Source: Pirellulales bacterium (GTDB lineage: Bacteria > Planctomycetota > Planctomycetia > Pirellulales > UBA1268). Taken from it: a DNA stretch of 64,000 nucleotides. Position numbers and translations under genes: made by a program. Under the pieces are notes generated by a model, which saw nothing but the letters and a program-made list of their open reading frames with translations, was not told where the DNA came from and did no database searches. Location of the stretch: positions 2,395-66,394 of the forward strand of contig JBILVO010000005.1 in assembly GCA_044370415.1 (NCBI GenBank). Direction: 5' to 3'. Positions 52,755-61,798 of this stretch are shown here, piece after piece (position 1 is the first letter of the stretch; every line of letters begins with the position of its first letter).

Positions 52755-53750
52755 TCAGCCGGCGGAAAGCGTCTGGGCGAGCCGGCGATCGAGCGCCCGG
52801 GGGGCGAGCTGCTCCGCCACGAGCCGTGCGGCGGCGGCGGCGATCCGCCGTGCCTGCGGATCGTCGGCCCGCAGCCGCTCGACGGTGGCCGGGAGCGTGT
52901 GACGGTCCGCGACCACGCAGTTCACGCCGTCCACCAGCAGGTCGTGCCAGCACTCCTCCCAGACCGTCTCGAACCGGATGGGCAGGCCGCCGCACGACCC
53001 GATCAGCAGGTAGCGGTCCCACGACGAGCAGTTGCCGTCGGCCTCGACCAGGAAGCGGTGCCGGTTGAGCCTCGTGGGCGGCTCGCGGCCGCCGATCAGG
53101 CCGTCGACCCGTAGCCGATCGGCGAACGCCGCGTCCACCTGCTTCAGCCGCGACAGCCGGCAGTCCGCCTGCGGGATGCCCCGGGCCGTGCGGCACAGCG
53201 CGACGCGGGCGTTGGCGTCGTAGTCGGCCGCGCCGGTGCTGGTGCCGCGAAAGTAGAGCGTGTCGCGCTTGCGCTCCCAGGGGATCGCCGCGGGCATGGC
53301 CGCCCGCCGCAGCAGGTAGGGGTTCGGGATCAGCCGCACCGGCATGCCGGGCAGGCGGGCGAACGCGAGCGTGCCGGCGGGCGTTTCGGCCCGCGCCCCG
53401 TCCCCCAGCGCGATGCTCACGTCGCGAAACGTGAACGTCGGCTCGTCGCGGCCGATGCGGTGGATCGCGTCGGCGAGGATCCGCCACCGCATGCCGAAGC
53501 GGTGCATCTGTGCGCGGGAGCCGAAGTCGATCCTTACAACGTCCCCGGCCGCGGAGCGGTCGAACGACCAGGTCGTCACCGTGGCGAGATGGGGCGGCAG
53601 GCCGACACTGTCGGCAGCGCACCGCACGGCGACGGGGCCGCGGCCCAGCACGCGGGGCACCCTGTGCGGACGGACGAGCCAGTGGGCCAGGCCCTCCGGC
53701 TGCCAGCGGGAGATCGGAATGAAAGCGTCGGCCACGGTCGTGCGCCCCAC
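52755..53750 (-). CDS. Putative glycosyltransferase, CAP10/GT90-like
   Basis: It has WERKRDTLYFRGTSTG and RHRFLVEADGNCSSWDRYLLIGSCGGLPIRFE..W.E.WHDLLVDGVNCV. These match my recollection of the Glyco_transf_90 pattern (W..R....fRG; kY.l.vDGn..Sw.R....L.s.Svvl). Confidence 0.6.
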   Translation of the reverse strand: MGRTTVADAFIPISRWQPEGLAHWLVRPHRVPRVLGRGPVAVRCAADSVGLPPHLATVTTWSFDRSAAGDVVRIDFGSRAQMHRFGMRWRILADAIHRIGRDEPTFTFRDVSIALGDGARAETPAGTLAFARLPGMPVRLIPNPYLLRRAAMPAAIPWERKRDTLYFRGTSTGAADYDANARVALCRTARGIPQADCRLSRLKQVDAAFADRLRVDGLIGGREPPTRLNRHRFLVEADGNCSSWDRYLLIGSCGGLPIRFETVWEECWHDLLVDGVNCVVADRHTLPATVERLRADDPQARRIAAAAARLVAEQLAPRALDRRLAQTLSAG

Positions 53751-53809
53751 GTTCGGCCGCCCCGAGGAGGCGTTTTCGACGGTCGGCGGGCGTATGGTAC
53801 TGTTTTCAC

Positions 53810-54781
53810 ATGAAAGTGCTCATCACTGGCGGCGCAGGGTTCATCGGCAGTCACATCGTCGACGGCCTCGTGGCCGCAGGCCACGACGTCGCGGTCATCG
53901 ACGACCTCTCGAGCGGGTCGCGCGACAACCTGCCGGCCGCGGTGCCGCTGCACGTCGTCGACATCGTCGACACGGCCGCCGTGGCCGACGCGATGGCCCG
54001 GGAGCGGCCCGACGCCGTCTGCCACCAGGCGGCGCAGATGTCGGTGAGCCGCTCCGTCCGGGAGCCGCTCTTCGACGCGCAGGTCAACTGCATCGGCCTG
54101 ATCAACGTCCTCGACGCGGCCGTTCGCCAGGGCTGCCGGCGGGTCGTCTTCGCCTCCAGCGGCGGCGTGCTCTATGGCGACGTGACCACCCCCGCCCCCG
54201 AAGCCACGCCGGCCAACCCCGTCAGTCCCTACGGCATCACGAAGTGGGTCGGCGAGCGGTACCTGAAGTTCTTCGCGGCGGAGCACGGGCTGGCCGCCGT
54301 GGCCCTGCGGTATTCGAACGTCTACGGGCCCCGGCAGAACCCGCACGGCGAGGCCGGCGTCGTGGCGATATTCGCCAAGAAACTCCTCGCGGGAGAGGCC
54401 GCCACGATCAACGGCGACGGCCGGTATGTCCGCGACTATGTCCACGGGGCCGACGTCGCCCGCGCCAACATCATCGCCCTCACCGCCGACCTTCCGGAGG
54501 TGCGGTCCGGCACGCTCACGAGCCTCAACATCGGCACCGGCATCGGCACCGACGTCAACGAACTCGAGGAGATGATCCGGGCCGAGGTGACGCGGGCGGC
54601 GCCGGAGGTCGGCCCGCTCCCCGCACCGCGGCACGGCCCCGCCCGGCCCGGGGACCTGCGGTCGAATCTCGTCGACGCCGCGCTTGCCGGCCGCGTACTT
54701 TCCTGGCGGCCGTCGATCCGGCTACGCGAGGGGATCGCCGAGACGGTCGGTTGGTTCGCCCGGCAACGCGCGCAGACCTGA
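53810..54781 (+). CDS. UDP-glucose 4-epimerase family protein (NAD-dependent epimerase)
   Basis: It has MKVLITGGAGFIGSH, ASSGGVLYG, YGITK (YxxxK) and NVYGPRQ. Confidence 0.85.
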   Translation: MKVLITGGAGFIGSHIVDGLVAAGHDVAVIDDLSSGSRDNLPAAVPLHVVDIVDTAAVADAMARERPDAVCHQAAQMSVSRSVREPLFDAQVNCIGLINVLDAAVRQGCRRVVFASSGGVLYGDVTTPAPEATPANPVSPYGITKWVGERYLKFFAAEHGLAAVALRYSNVYGPRQNPHGEAGVVAIFAKKLLAGEAATINGDGRYVRDYVHGADVARANIIALTADLPEVRSGTLTSLNIGTGIGTDVNELEEMIRAEVTRAAPEVGPLPAPRHGPARPGDLRSNLVDAALAGRVLSWRPSIRLREGIAETVGWFARQRAQT

Positions 54782-54901
54782 GTCGGTCCGCCGTCCGCAG
54801 GCAGCCGCCGGCGACAAGCCGGCCGCGCACAAACGACACGGCTCCGCCCGTTCATTCGGGCGGAGCCGTGCGGGAAGACGATACGCGGCCAGATCGCGAG
54901 A

Positions 54902-55264
54902 TCAGAACGGCGGCGCGACGGTGATCGTGGTCGTCGTGTTGTCGGCCTCGACGAACAGGTAGATCGGAGCCGAACTCGCCTTGCCCGCGAGGGTCTTGGT
55001 GATGACGTTGTTGACGCCGGTGGCGTAGGCCGTGAACGCCCCAGGTTTCAGGGAGCTGCTGAAGATGCCGTTCTGCGCGAGGGCCACGCCCCCCGTGTTG
55101 CCACCCGTCCCCTTGGTGTTTACCACCACCGGCTGGGCGCGGATGTTCTTGAACTTGATGGTCACCTTTTTGGTGGGAGAGCCGGCCTGAGCCGGCGACG
55201 AGACGATCATGCCGATCGCCACGATCGCGACCACCATGAACAACCTGAGAGACCTGCGAATCAT
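54902..55264 (-). CDS. Small secreted protein, family unknown (cassette B partner)
   Basis: ORF trimmed to Met 55264. Signal MIRRSLRLFMVVAIVAIGMIVSSPAQA. KKVTIKFKN matches KKSSTIRVKN in the paralog 41066..41512, and both end in PF. AGAGAGGTT lies upstream of the ATG. Confidence 0.7.
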   Translation of the reverse strand: MIRRSLRLFMVVAIVAIGMIVSSPAQAGSPTKKVTIKFKNIRAQPVVVNTKGTGGNTGGVALAQNGIFSSSLKPGAFTAYATGVNNVITKTLAGKASSAPIYLFVEADNTTTTITVAPPF

Positions 55265-55307
55265 GAGGAGAACCTCTCTGCAAGGGTGACAGCCCTGGAG
55301 ACGGGCT

Positions 55308-55363
55308 GGAAGGAGTGGAAACGTCAAGGAAGGAAAACGGAGGAAGGCGGAAGGTCGGAAACG
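55308..55363. repeat. Polypurine (plus strand) / polypyrimidine (minus strand) tract with four GGAAGG copies
   Basis: GGAAGG occurs at 55308, 55328, 55342 and 55349 within GGAAGGAGTGGAAACGTCAAGGAAGGAAAACGGAGGAAGGCGGAAGGTCGGAAACG. The tract lies in the spacer between the DUF1559 gene and its small partner gene. Confidence 0.7.
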
Positions 55364-55390
55364 ATGCCGGAATGCGGGAGTGCGGGAAGT

Positions 55391-56257
55391 TCAGAACGTC
55401 GTCGAGCCCCGGTCGCCGCGGCTCTTGGTGCAGATCGCCACGAGAATTCGGGCGTCGATCGCTTCGCCGATGAAGGCGACATGCCCGTCGGCAAACAGGC
55501 CCTGGACTCCCGCCACGTGCCGGCTCCTGAAGCCGTCGTGGCTGGGGTTATTCACGATCGTCGAGCTGAGCGGGAAGCAGTTCGATCCGCAGGCCCAGCA
55601 GCTGTCGCCGAAGGCGTGCTGGTCGGCGCCGGCATGATCCCGATCGACGCCCTCGGAGACGAGCAGCGTCTGGGAGAGGCCGTCGGTCACCATCGCCGCC
55701 GTCGCCGGCCGCGGGAACTGCTCGTTCGTGGCATACAGCACGCCGCTCCGCTCCCAGTCGCGAGCGGTCGGGAACGAGCCGTCGGCCTCGATCCAGGCGC
55801 CGAGGATGCCGCCGTAATCCTGCTTGCCGGGGAACGACGCCATGCCGCTGGGGCAGACGTACAACGGCAGCGTGAGCTCGGCGAGCGTCGCGTTGCCTCC
55901 GGCGTCGTCCCAGGCCTTGCGGTAGTCGATCCGCTGCGAAACGCCGGAGTTCTCGATGAACGGCAGGATGAACGACGACCAGGCGTGGAACCGCTGGCCA
56001 CCCTGATCGTTGCCGGCGGGGTAGCAGCGACGGCTCGACTCGTAGTTGCCAAGCGCGAGCCCCTGGTTCGTCAGGTTGTTCGCACAACTCAACACCCGCG
56101 CCGACTCGCGGGACCGCTGCACCGCCGGCAGCAGGAGCCCGACCAGTGTGCCGATGATGGCGACCACCGCCAGCAGCTCGACGAGGCTGAACCCGCGCGG
56201 CTGGCCGCAGCGGCCTGTCGCGTTCGGTGGCGGAAATGACGGTCTTGAGGGCTGCAT
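55391..56257 (-). CDS. DUF1559 protein: prepilin-type N-terminal methylation motif plus H-X9-DG motif (cassette B)
   Basis: It has PRGFSLVELLAVVAIIGTLVGLLLPAVQRSRE. HVAGVQGLFADG is H-X9-DG. Confidence 0.9.
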   Translation of the reverse strand: MQPSRPSFPPPNATGRCGQPRGFSLVELLAVVAIIGTLVGLLLPAVQRSRESARVLSCANNLTNQGLALGNYESSRRCYPAGNDQGGQRFHAWSSFILPFIENSGVSQRIDYRKAWDDAGGNATLAELTLPLYVCPSGMASFPGKQDYGGILGAWIEADGSFPTARDWERSGVLYATNEQFPRPATAAMVTDGLSQTLLVSEGVDRDHAGADQHAFGDSCWACGSNCFPLSSTIVNNPSHDGFRSRHVAGVQGLFADGHVAFIGEAIDARILVAICTKSRGDRGSTTF

Positions 56258-56293
56258 GGATCGTGCCGGTCGTGAGTGCTCGAACGTATCGGC

Positions 56294-56321
56294 ACTCTAT
56301 TTCCTCTGCAGTGGGAGTCAA
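56294..56321 (-). promoter_or_regulatory. Candidate sigma70-type promoter TTGACT-16 nt-TAGAGT
   Basis: The -35 is at 56316-56321 and the -10 at 56294-56299 on the minus strand. It lies about 37 nt upstream of the DUF1559 ATG at 56257, in a locally A/T-richer patch. Confidence 0.4.
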
Positions 56322-56501
56322 ATTTCCGGCACGCGACCCTCGAGAGAGGGGGGGCGTGGTCCGTGACCACCGGCCGGGCAGCCATGGCCCCGTGTGCGGC
56401 CCATCACGGCCGTAAAGGCCTGTGCGCACAACGCCTTGTGGCCGCCGGCAGATCGCCAGGCTCTGGGTTCGGGCGGCCGTGCCGCCGTCCTCTCGTGGCC
56501 G

Positions 56502-57665
56502 CTACTGGGCTGACGAGGTGCGGGACAGTGCCGCCGCAGCGAAGCCTGCGTCCGCGGCGGCCGGCTGCCGCGGCCCGGCCGCGGGCCCGGCCATTTCAGC
56601 CGTGGCGGGAACACCGTCGAGTCCCTCGCCGGCGCCGGTGCAGATCCGCCGCGTGAGGGTGTTGGAGCCGAGGTAGGGCAGGAAGCTGTGCTGCCGGCCG
56701 ATGATCGGGGCGGCGTTGGTCGTGGTGAACTCGACGCCCGGCGGCAGCCAGCGGCGCGGCATGCCCACCTCGCCGAGCGCCTGCACGCGGACGTCGCGCT
56801 CCAGCAGCGGGAAGAACCGCAGCGCCTCGTCCTCGGAGTTGATGACCAGCGAGAGCCGGTCGATGCACAGGGCAGCTTCGCGGTGCGGTCCGCGGGCGGC
56901 GAGGCAGTCGCACCGCACGGCGGGCGCGACGAGCACCAGGTGCGTCCGTCCCTCGCGGTCCGTCCATGGCGTGCCGTCGGGCTCGCTGACCCCCAGGCCG
57001 CTGGCGAGATCGTCGAGGGCGCCCAGCGACACGACCGCGCCGAAGCTGTAGCCGACGATCGCGACGGGCCGCGCGGGGGCGATCCGGCCCAGGAACCAGG
57101 CGAGGTAGTGGGCGTCGGCGCGGGCGCGGTCGAGCTTTGCCCGCCCGTCACGCAGGAGAATGCCCTGCTGCTCGCTCGGCCAGGAGAAGATCACCGTCTG
57201 GGCGGGGGCCGTGCCGGAGCAGCACTCCGCCATCCGGGCTGCCAGCAGCACTCCCTGCTGGCGGGCATCGGCGTGGTCGTAGCGGTTGCCGTGGATGAAG
57301 ACGACCAGCGGCCGCTCCTGCTCCAAAAACAGCGTGTCGATGTCGGACCGTTCCCAGCGGCGGCCACCGCAGCGGGTGGCGGAAGGGCAGTCTGTGGCGG
57401 GGGCCCCGGCGGGTGGCGTGGCGGGCACGTACCGCTCGACGGCGACGCGGGCGGCAGAGGGGGGCCGCGGCACCGCCGGCAGTCCGCGGGTGCTCACGGC
57501 CCAGATGTCGTCGCCCGGGGCCACGGCTGCCGCGGGAGCCTGGCAGCCGGCCGGTCGCGCCGCATCGGCACGCGCTGCGCCGGCGCAGACCGCGACCGCG
57601 CATGCCGCGAGCGCGACGAGGACCGGTCGAACGCGGCACGGACGCGGCAGGAGCACCGAGGACAC
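56502..57665 (-). CDS. Secreted alpha/beta hydrolase (DUF900-like esterase)
   Basis: ORF 56502..58370 trimmed to GTG 57665, giving the signal (M)SSVLLPRPCRVRPVLVALAACAVAVCAGAARA. It has VVFIHGNRYD and the nucleophile elbow GYSFGA. The start is uncertain. Confidence 0.65.
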   Translation of the reverse strand: MSSVLLPRPCRVRPVLVALAACAVAVCAGAARADAARPAGCQAPAAAVAPGDDIWAVSTRGLPAVPRPPSAARVAVERYVPATPPAGAPATDCPSATRCGGRRWERSDIDTLFLEQERPLVVFIHGNRYDHADARQQGVLLAARMAECCSGTAPAQTVIFSWPSEQQGILLRDGRAKLDRARADAHYLAWFLGRIAPARPVAIVGYSFGAVVSLGALDDLASGLGVSEPDGTPWTDREGRTHLVLVAPAVRCDCLAARGPHREAALCIDRLSLVINSEDEALRFFPLLERDVRVQALGEVGMPRRWLPPGVEFTTTNAAPIIGRQHSFLPYLGSNTLTRRICTGAGEGLDGVPATAEMAGPAAGPRQPAAADAGFAAAALSRTSSAQ

Positions 57666-57986
57666 GACGGTGTTTGGGGGCAAAAAGGCGGCGGCGCGGC
57701 GGCTGCGAGAGCACCTTTCGACAACCCTAGCACGGGCCCTCGGCACACGTGCGCTGCGGCTGGAGAAAAACGTCGCTCGTCGGCAGCGGCCCGGCCGTAG
57801 AACCGGAACCGGCTGCGGCTTCGGAATCGCCCTCTTCGGGCTCAAGTCCCGCGACCGGCGCCGGCGCAAAAATTTCGTCGTGCGTCCGCTCCGCACCGAA
57901 TCGTGAGCTAGGGTTTGGAGGCGTCGTCGCGGACGACGCATCGTGTGCGACCGCGGCACCCGCCGCGGTGGATGGAGATGCCAATC

Positions 57987-58289
57987 ATGTGCCGTGCCCT
58001 CTGTCTGATGATCGCCCTCGGCAGCCTCGCGGCCGCCCCCGGATGCAGCAGTTGCTTCGGCAGTGCCAACAGCTGCCGCCGTCCCTCGTTCATGGAGTTC
58101 CGCTCGCCCTGCTCGGGCGGCGGGAGCATGAGTCCTGCCCCGTGCGGCCCGGCCTGTGCGCCGGCGTGCGAGCCGGCGTGCGGTCCTGCCTGTGGCTCGG
58201 GCTGTGGCTCGGGCTGCGGCGAGAGCGGCGCAATGATGATGTCGCCCTCGTCGTCGCCGGTCGTGGTCGAGCAGGGCACGTTCAGCTGA
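57987..58289 (+). CDS. Small secreted or lipoprotein-like Cys-rich protein with a period-4 Cys ladder
   Basis: Met 57987 has GGAG 9 nt upstream. Signal MCRALCLMIALGSLAAAPGC (possible lipobox). CGPACAPACEPACGPACGSGCGSGCG is followed by an MMM motif. 13 of 100 residues are Cys. Confidence 0.6.
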   Translation: MCRALCLMIALGSLAAAPGCSSCFGSANSCRRPSFMEFRSPCSGGGSMSPAPCGPACAPACEPACGPACGSGCGSGCGESGAMMMSPSSSPVVVEQGTFS

Positions 58290-58476
58290 CGTGCCGGGGT
58301 GCCGGGGCCGCCACCGGCCCTGCCCGCCCCTCCGGTGATGCGCCGCTCTTGCCGGCCAAGCGTCGGGCAAGCGGCACGACGTGTGCCCGCTCCCGATTCG
58401 AGCGGCTCGTCACCGGGGGGGCGATCGCGGCCCCGCCGCCCCCTATAATCGCGGCCCCCCCGACCACGGAGCCGCC

Positions 58477-59949
58477 ATGTTCGAGTCGCTGACCGCCTCG
58501 CTGTCCTCGGCCATCAACGCCCTGCGCGGCCGCGGCAAGCTCACGGACGCGAACATGCGGGAGGGGCTCTCCGGGGTCCGCACCGCCCTGCTCGAGGCGG
58601 ACGTCGCCTACGACGTCGTCGACTCGTTCCTGTCGCGTGTGGTCGCCGATGCGACCGGTGCCCGGGTGCTCGAGTCGCTCGACCCGGCCCAGCAGCTCGT
58701 GGGCATCGTGCATCGCGAGCTGGTCGACCTGATGGGCCCGGTGGACCATTCCCTCCACCTGCAGCCGGGCACGACGACGATCCTGATGCTCTGCGGCCTG
58801 CAGGGCTCGGGGAAGACGACCTCCTGCGGCAAGCTCGCCAAGCGGATCAAGCAGCAGGGGGCGGGCGTGATGCTCGTCGCCGCCGACCTGCAGCGGCCGG
58901 CGGCCATCGAGCAGCTGGCGGTGCTCGGCCGGCAGATCGGCGTGCCGGTGCACGTGCCCGACGGCCAGACCGATCCCGTGGCGGTCTGCAACGCCGGCGT
59001 CGCCCGCGCCAAAAAGGAGGGGATCTCGGTCGTCATCCTCGACACGGCCGGGCGGCTGTCGATCGACGAGGCCCTCATGCAGGAGCTCGCGCGGATCGAC
59101 CGCACGGTCGGGCCCGACCAGGTCTATCTCGTCGTCGACGCCATGACCGGGCAGGACGCGGTCCGCAGCGCCAAGGCCTTCAACGACGCCCTCGAACTCG
59201 ACGGCGTGATCATGACGAAGCTCGACGGCGACGCCCGCGGCGGTGCGGCGCTCTCGGTGAAGAGCGTGACGGGCGTGCCGATCAAGTTCGTCGGCACCGG
59301 CGAGCAGATCGAGGCGCTCGAGGATTTCCATCCCGAGCGGATGGCCGGCCGCATCCTCGGCATGGGCGACGTCGTCACGCTCGTGGAGGAGGCCCAGCGG
59401 AAGTTCGACCAGGAGGAGATGAAACTGCAGGAGGAGCGGCTCCGCGCCGGCGAGTTCACGCTCGACGACTTCAAGAAGGTGCTCCTGCAGACGAGGCGGC
59501 TCGGGCCGATGGGCAAGGTGCTCGGGATGATCCCCGGCATGGGCGGCATGCAGGAGATGCTCGCCGGCAACGACCTCGACAAGGACGTGGACAGGCTCTT
59601 CGGCATCATCGACTCGATGACGCCGGCGGAGCGGCGGCAGCCGTCGCGGCTCATCGACCAGTCGCGCCGCCGGCGGATCGCGGTCGGCGCCGGCGTCGAT
59701 CCCCACGAGGTGAGCGACCTCGTCAAACAGTTCGACGGCATGAGCGCCATGATGAAGGGCATGGCCGGGCTGGGAATGCGCGACCGGCTCCGCGAGGTGC
59801 AGCGACTGCAGTCGCAACTGGCCAACCCCGCCGCGCGGCTGGGCCGGCCCAAGGGAGACACGGGCAAGCGGCTCACCGCGGACGAGCGGCGGAAGCTCAA
59901 GAAGCAGCGCGAGAAGGATGCCCGCCGCAAGAAGCGCGGCGACCACTGA
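58477..59949 (+). CDS. ffh: Signal recognition particle protein Ffh
   Basis: It has MFESLTASL..., [14 protein letters not shown], and an M-domain with a Met-rich region and a basic tail. Confidence 0.95.
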   Translation: MFESLTASLSSAINALRGRGKLTDANMREGLSGVRTALLEADVAYDVVDSFLSRVVADATGARVLESLDPAQQLVGIVHRELVDLMGPVDHSLHLQPGTTTILMLCGLQGSGKTTSCGKLAKRIKQQGAGVMLVAADLQRPAAIEQLAVLGRQIGVPVHVPDGQTDPVAVCNAGVARAKKEGISVVILDTAGRLSIDEALMQELARIDRTVGPDQVYLVVDAMTGQDAVRSAKAFNDALELDGVIMTKLDGDARGGAALSVKSVTGVPIKFVGTGEQIEALEDFHPERMAGRILGMGDVVTLVEEAQRKFDQEEMKLQEERLRAGEFTLDDFKKVLLQTRRLGPMGKVLGMIPGMGGMQEMLAGNDLDKDVDRLFGIIDSMTPAERRQPSRLIDQSRRRRIAVGAGVDPHEVSDLVKQFDGMSAMMKGMAGLGMRDRLREVQRLQSQLANPAARLGRPKGDTGKRLTADERRKLKKQREKDARRKKRGDH

Positions 59950-60122
59950 CCCGCGCCATCCGCGGGAGCCGTCCGTGGGAAAAGCCCCGTCGGTTGGGCT
60001 GACGGGGCGGTGCCAGGGCCGGAATTCCCGGGGAAAAGCCGGTCCGCGGGGTGGGCTTGGGTTCCGGCGTCCGTCAGGTACGCTAAGGGGCTCGAGAAAC
60101 GCCTTCCCAGGAGACGCACGCT

Positions 60123-60593
60123 GTGGCTGTGGTGATTCGGATGAAGCGGATGGGCCGGAAGAACCGGGCCTTCTACAGGATCTGCGCGACCGACCGCCGG
60201 AGCCCGCGGGACGGTCGTGTCATCGAGGTGCTCGGCACCTACGATCCGTCGGTCGCCGACACCGACGCGCGCTGCACCTTGAATGCCGAGCGACTCCACT
60301 ACTGGCTCGGCGTGGGTGCCAAGCCCAGCGACGCCGTGCGGGTGCTCGTGAAGAAGTACGGCCCCAATGGCGTCCGTGCCAAGGAGATGGAGCAGGCCCG
60401 GGCGAAGCTGAAACTGCCGCGGGTGGTGCCCGACGCCGGCGAGCCCGTGTTCGTGCCGGAGCCCGTCGCGGCCCCCGCCTCGGCAGCAGCCGCAGTCGAA
60501 GCCGCGGCGGCGCCGGAGCAGGCTGCCGTCGAGACCGCCGCGCCGGTGGCTGAGCCGGCAGCCGAGTCGTCCACGGAAGCGACCCCAGAGTAG
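60123..60593 (+). CDS. rpsP: 30S ribosomal protein S16 with a ~70-aa Ala/Pro/Glu-rich C-terminal extension
   Basis: GTG start with AGGAG 9 nt upstream. [40 protein letters not shown] is canonical S16. Confidence 0.9.
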   Translation: MAVVIRMKRMGRKNRAFYRICATDRRSPRDGRVIEVLGTYDPSVADTDARCTLNAERLHYWLGVGAKPSDAVRVLVKKYGPNGVRAKEMEQARAKLKLPRVVPDAGEPVFVPEPVAAPASAAAAVEAAAAPEQAAVETAAPVAEPAAESSTEATPE

Positions 60594-60617
60594 GACCGCG
60601 ATGCCCCGCCCCGTCCC

Positions 60618-61328
60618 ATGCGCATCGACATCCTCACCCTCTTTCCGGACATGTTCACGGGCTTCCTCGAGGGAAGCCTGCTCGGCGAGGCGCGCCGTCG
60701 CGGCCTGATCGACGTCGCCCTCACGAACATCCGCGACCATGCCACGGGAGTGCACAGGCAGGTCGACGACCGTCCCTACGGCGGCGGGCCCGGCATGCTG
60801 CTCATGCCCGGCCCCGTGGTGGACTGCGTCGAGGCGGTGCAGCAGCGGCCGCCCGCTCCAGGCCACCTCGTCATGCTCACGCCCGGCGGCCGACCGCTCA
60901 CCCAGCGGGTGGTCGAGGAGCTGGCGGCACGCGAACGGCTCGTGCTGCTGTGCGGCCGCTACGAGGGCTTCGACGACCGCGTCCGCGCGACGCTCGAGCC
61001 CGACATGATCTCCGTGGGCGACTACGTGCTCTCCGGCGGCGAGGTGGCGGCGATGGTGATCGTCGACGCCGTCGCCCGACTCCTGCCGGGTGTGCTCGGC
61101 GACGAGGAGAGCGCCCGCCAAGACTCCTTCTCGGGCGCCGGGCGGCTCGTGGAAGGCCCCCAGTACACGCGGCCGCGAGAGTTCCGCGGCCTGCGCGTGC
61201 CCGACGTGCTGTTGTCGGGCGACCATGGCCGGATCGCGACGTGGCGGCACGAACAGGCCGTCGCGGCGACCCAGCGCCGCTTCCCCTCCGTACCATCCGC
61301 CGACCCATTTCCAAGGAGCATGCCGTGA
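60618..61328 (+). CDS. trmD: tRNA (guanine37-N1)-methyltransferase
   Basis: It has [24 protein letters not shown] and GRYEGFDDR. Confidence 0.95.
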   Translation: MRIDILTLFPDMFTGFLEGSLLGEARRRGLIDVALTNIRDHATGVHRQVDDRPYGGGPGMLLMPGPVVDCVEAVQQRPPAPGHLVMLTPGGRPLTQRVVEELAARERLVLLCGRYEGFDDRVRATLEPDMISVGDYVLSGGEVAAMVIVDAVARLLPGVLGDEESARQDSFSGAGRLVEGPQYTRPREFRGLRVPDVLLSGDHGRIATWRHEQAVAATQRRFPSVPSADPFPRSMP

Positions 61329-61750
61329 GCCAGAAGATCCTCGCCACAGTCGAAGCGTCGAGCCTCAAGACCGAGGTCCCCAGTTTCGCGATCGGCGACA
61401 CCGTCGACGTCCACACCCGGATCCTCGAGGGGGAGAAGGAGCGGATTCAGATCTTCAACGGCGTGGTCATCGCCCGCAGCGGCTCCGGCAGCCGGGAGAT
61501 GTTCACGGTGCGGCGGATCGTGGCGGGCGAGGGCGTGGAGCGGAAGTTCCCCCTCCACTCCCCGAAGATCGCCAAGGTGGAGGTGAAGCGGTCGGGCGTG
61601 TCCCGGCGGGCGAAGCTCTACTACCTCCGCGACCGCGTCGGGAAGTCGGTCCGCCTCCGCGAGAAGCGGGACGAGACCGCCACCGCCGAGGCTGCCGGCA
61701 AGAAGGCGGGCAAGGCGGGCGGCCGGAAGCCGGCCGCGGCGAAGTCCTGA
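61325..61750 (+). CDS. rplS: 50S ribosomal protein L19
   Basis: The GTG start overlaps the trmD stop (GTGA). [30 protein letters not shown]...FTVRR is present, with a Lys/Ala-rich tail. Confidence 0.9.
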   Translation: MSQKILATVEASSLKTEVPSFAIGDTVDVHTRILEGEKERIQIFNGVVIARSGSGSREMFTVRRIVAGEGVERKFPLHSPKIAKVEVKRSGVSRRAKLYYLRDRVGKSVRLREKRDETATAEAAGKKAGKAGGRKPAAAKS

Positions 61751-61798
61751 TAGGACGCCGACGGGCACGCCTTTCGACCACGTCGCAGCGGGCGATCC

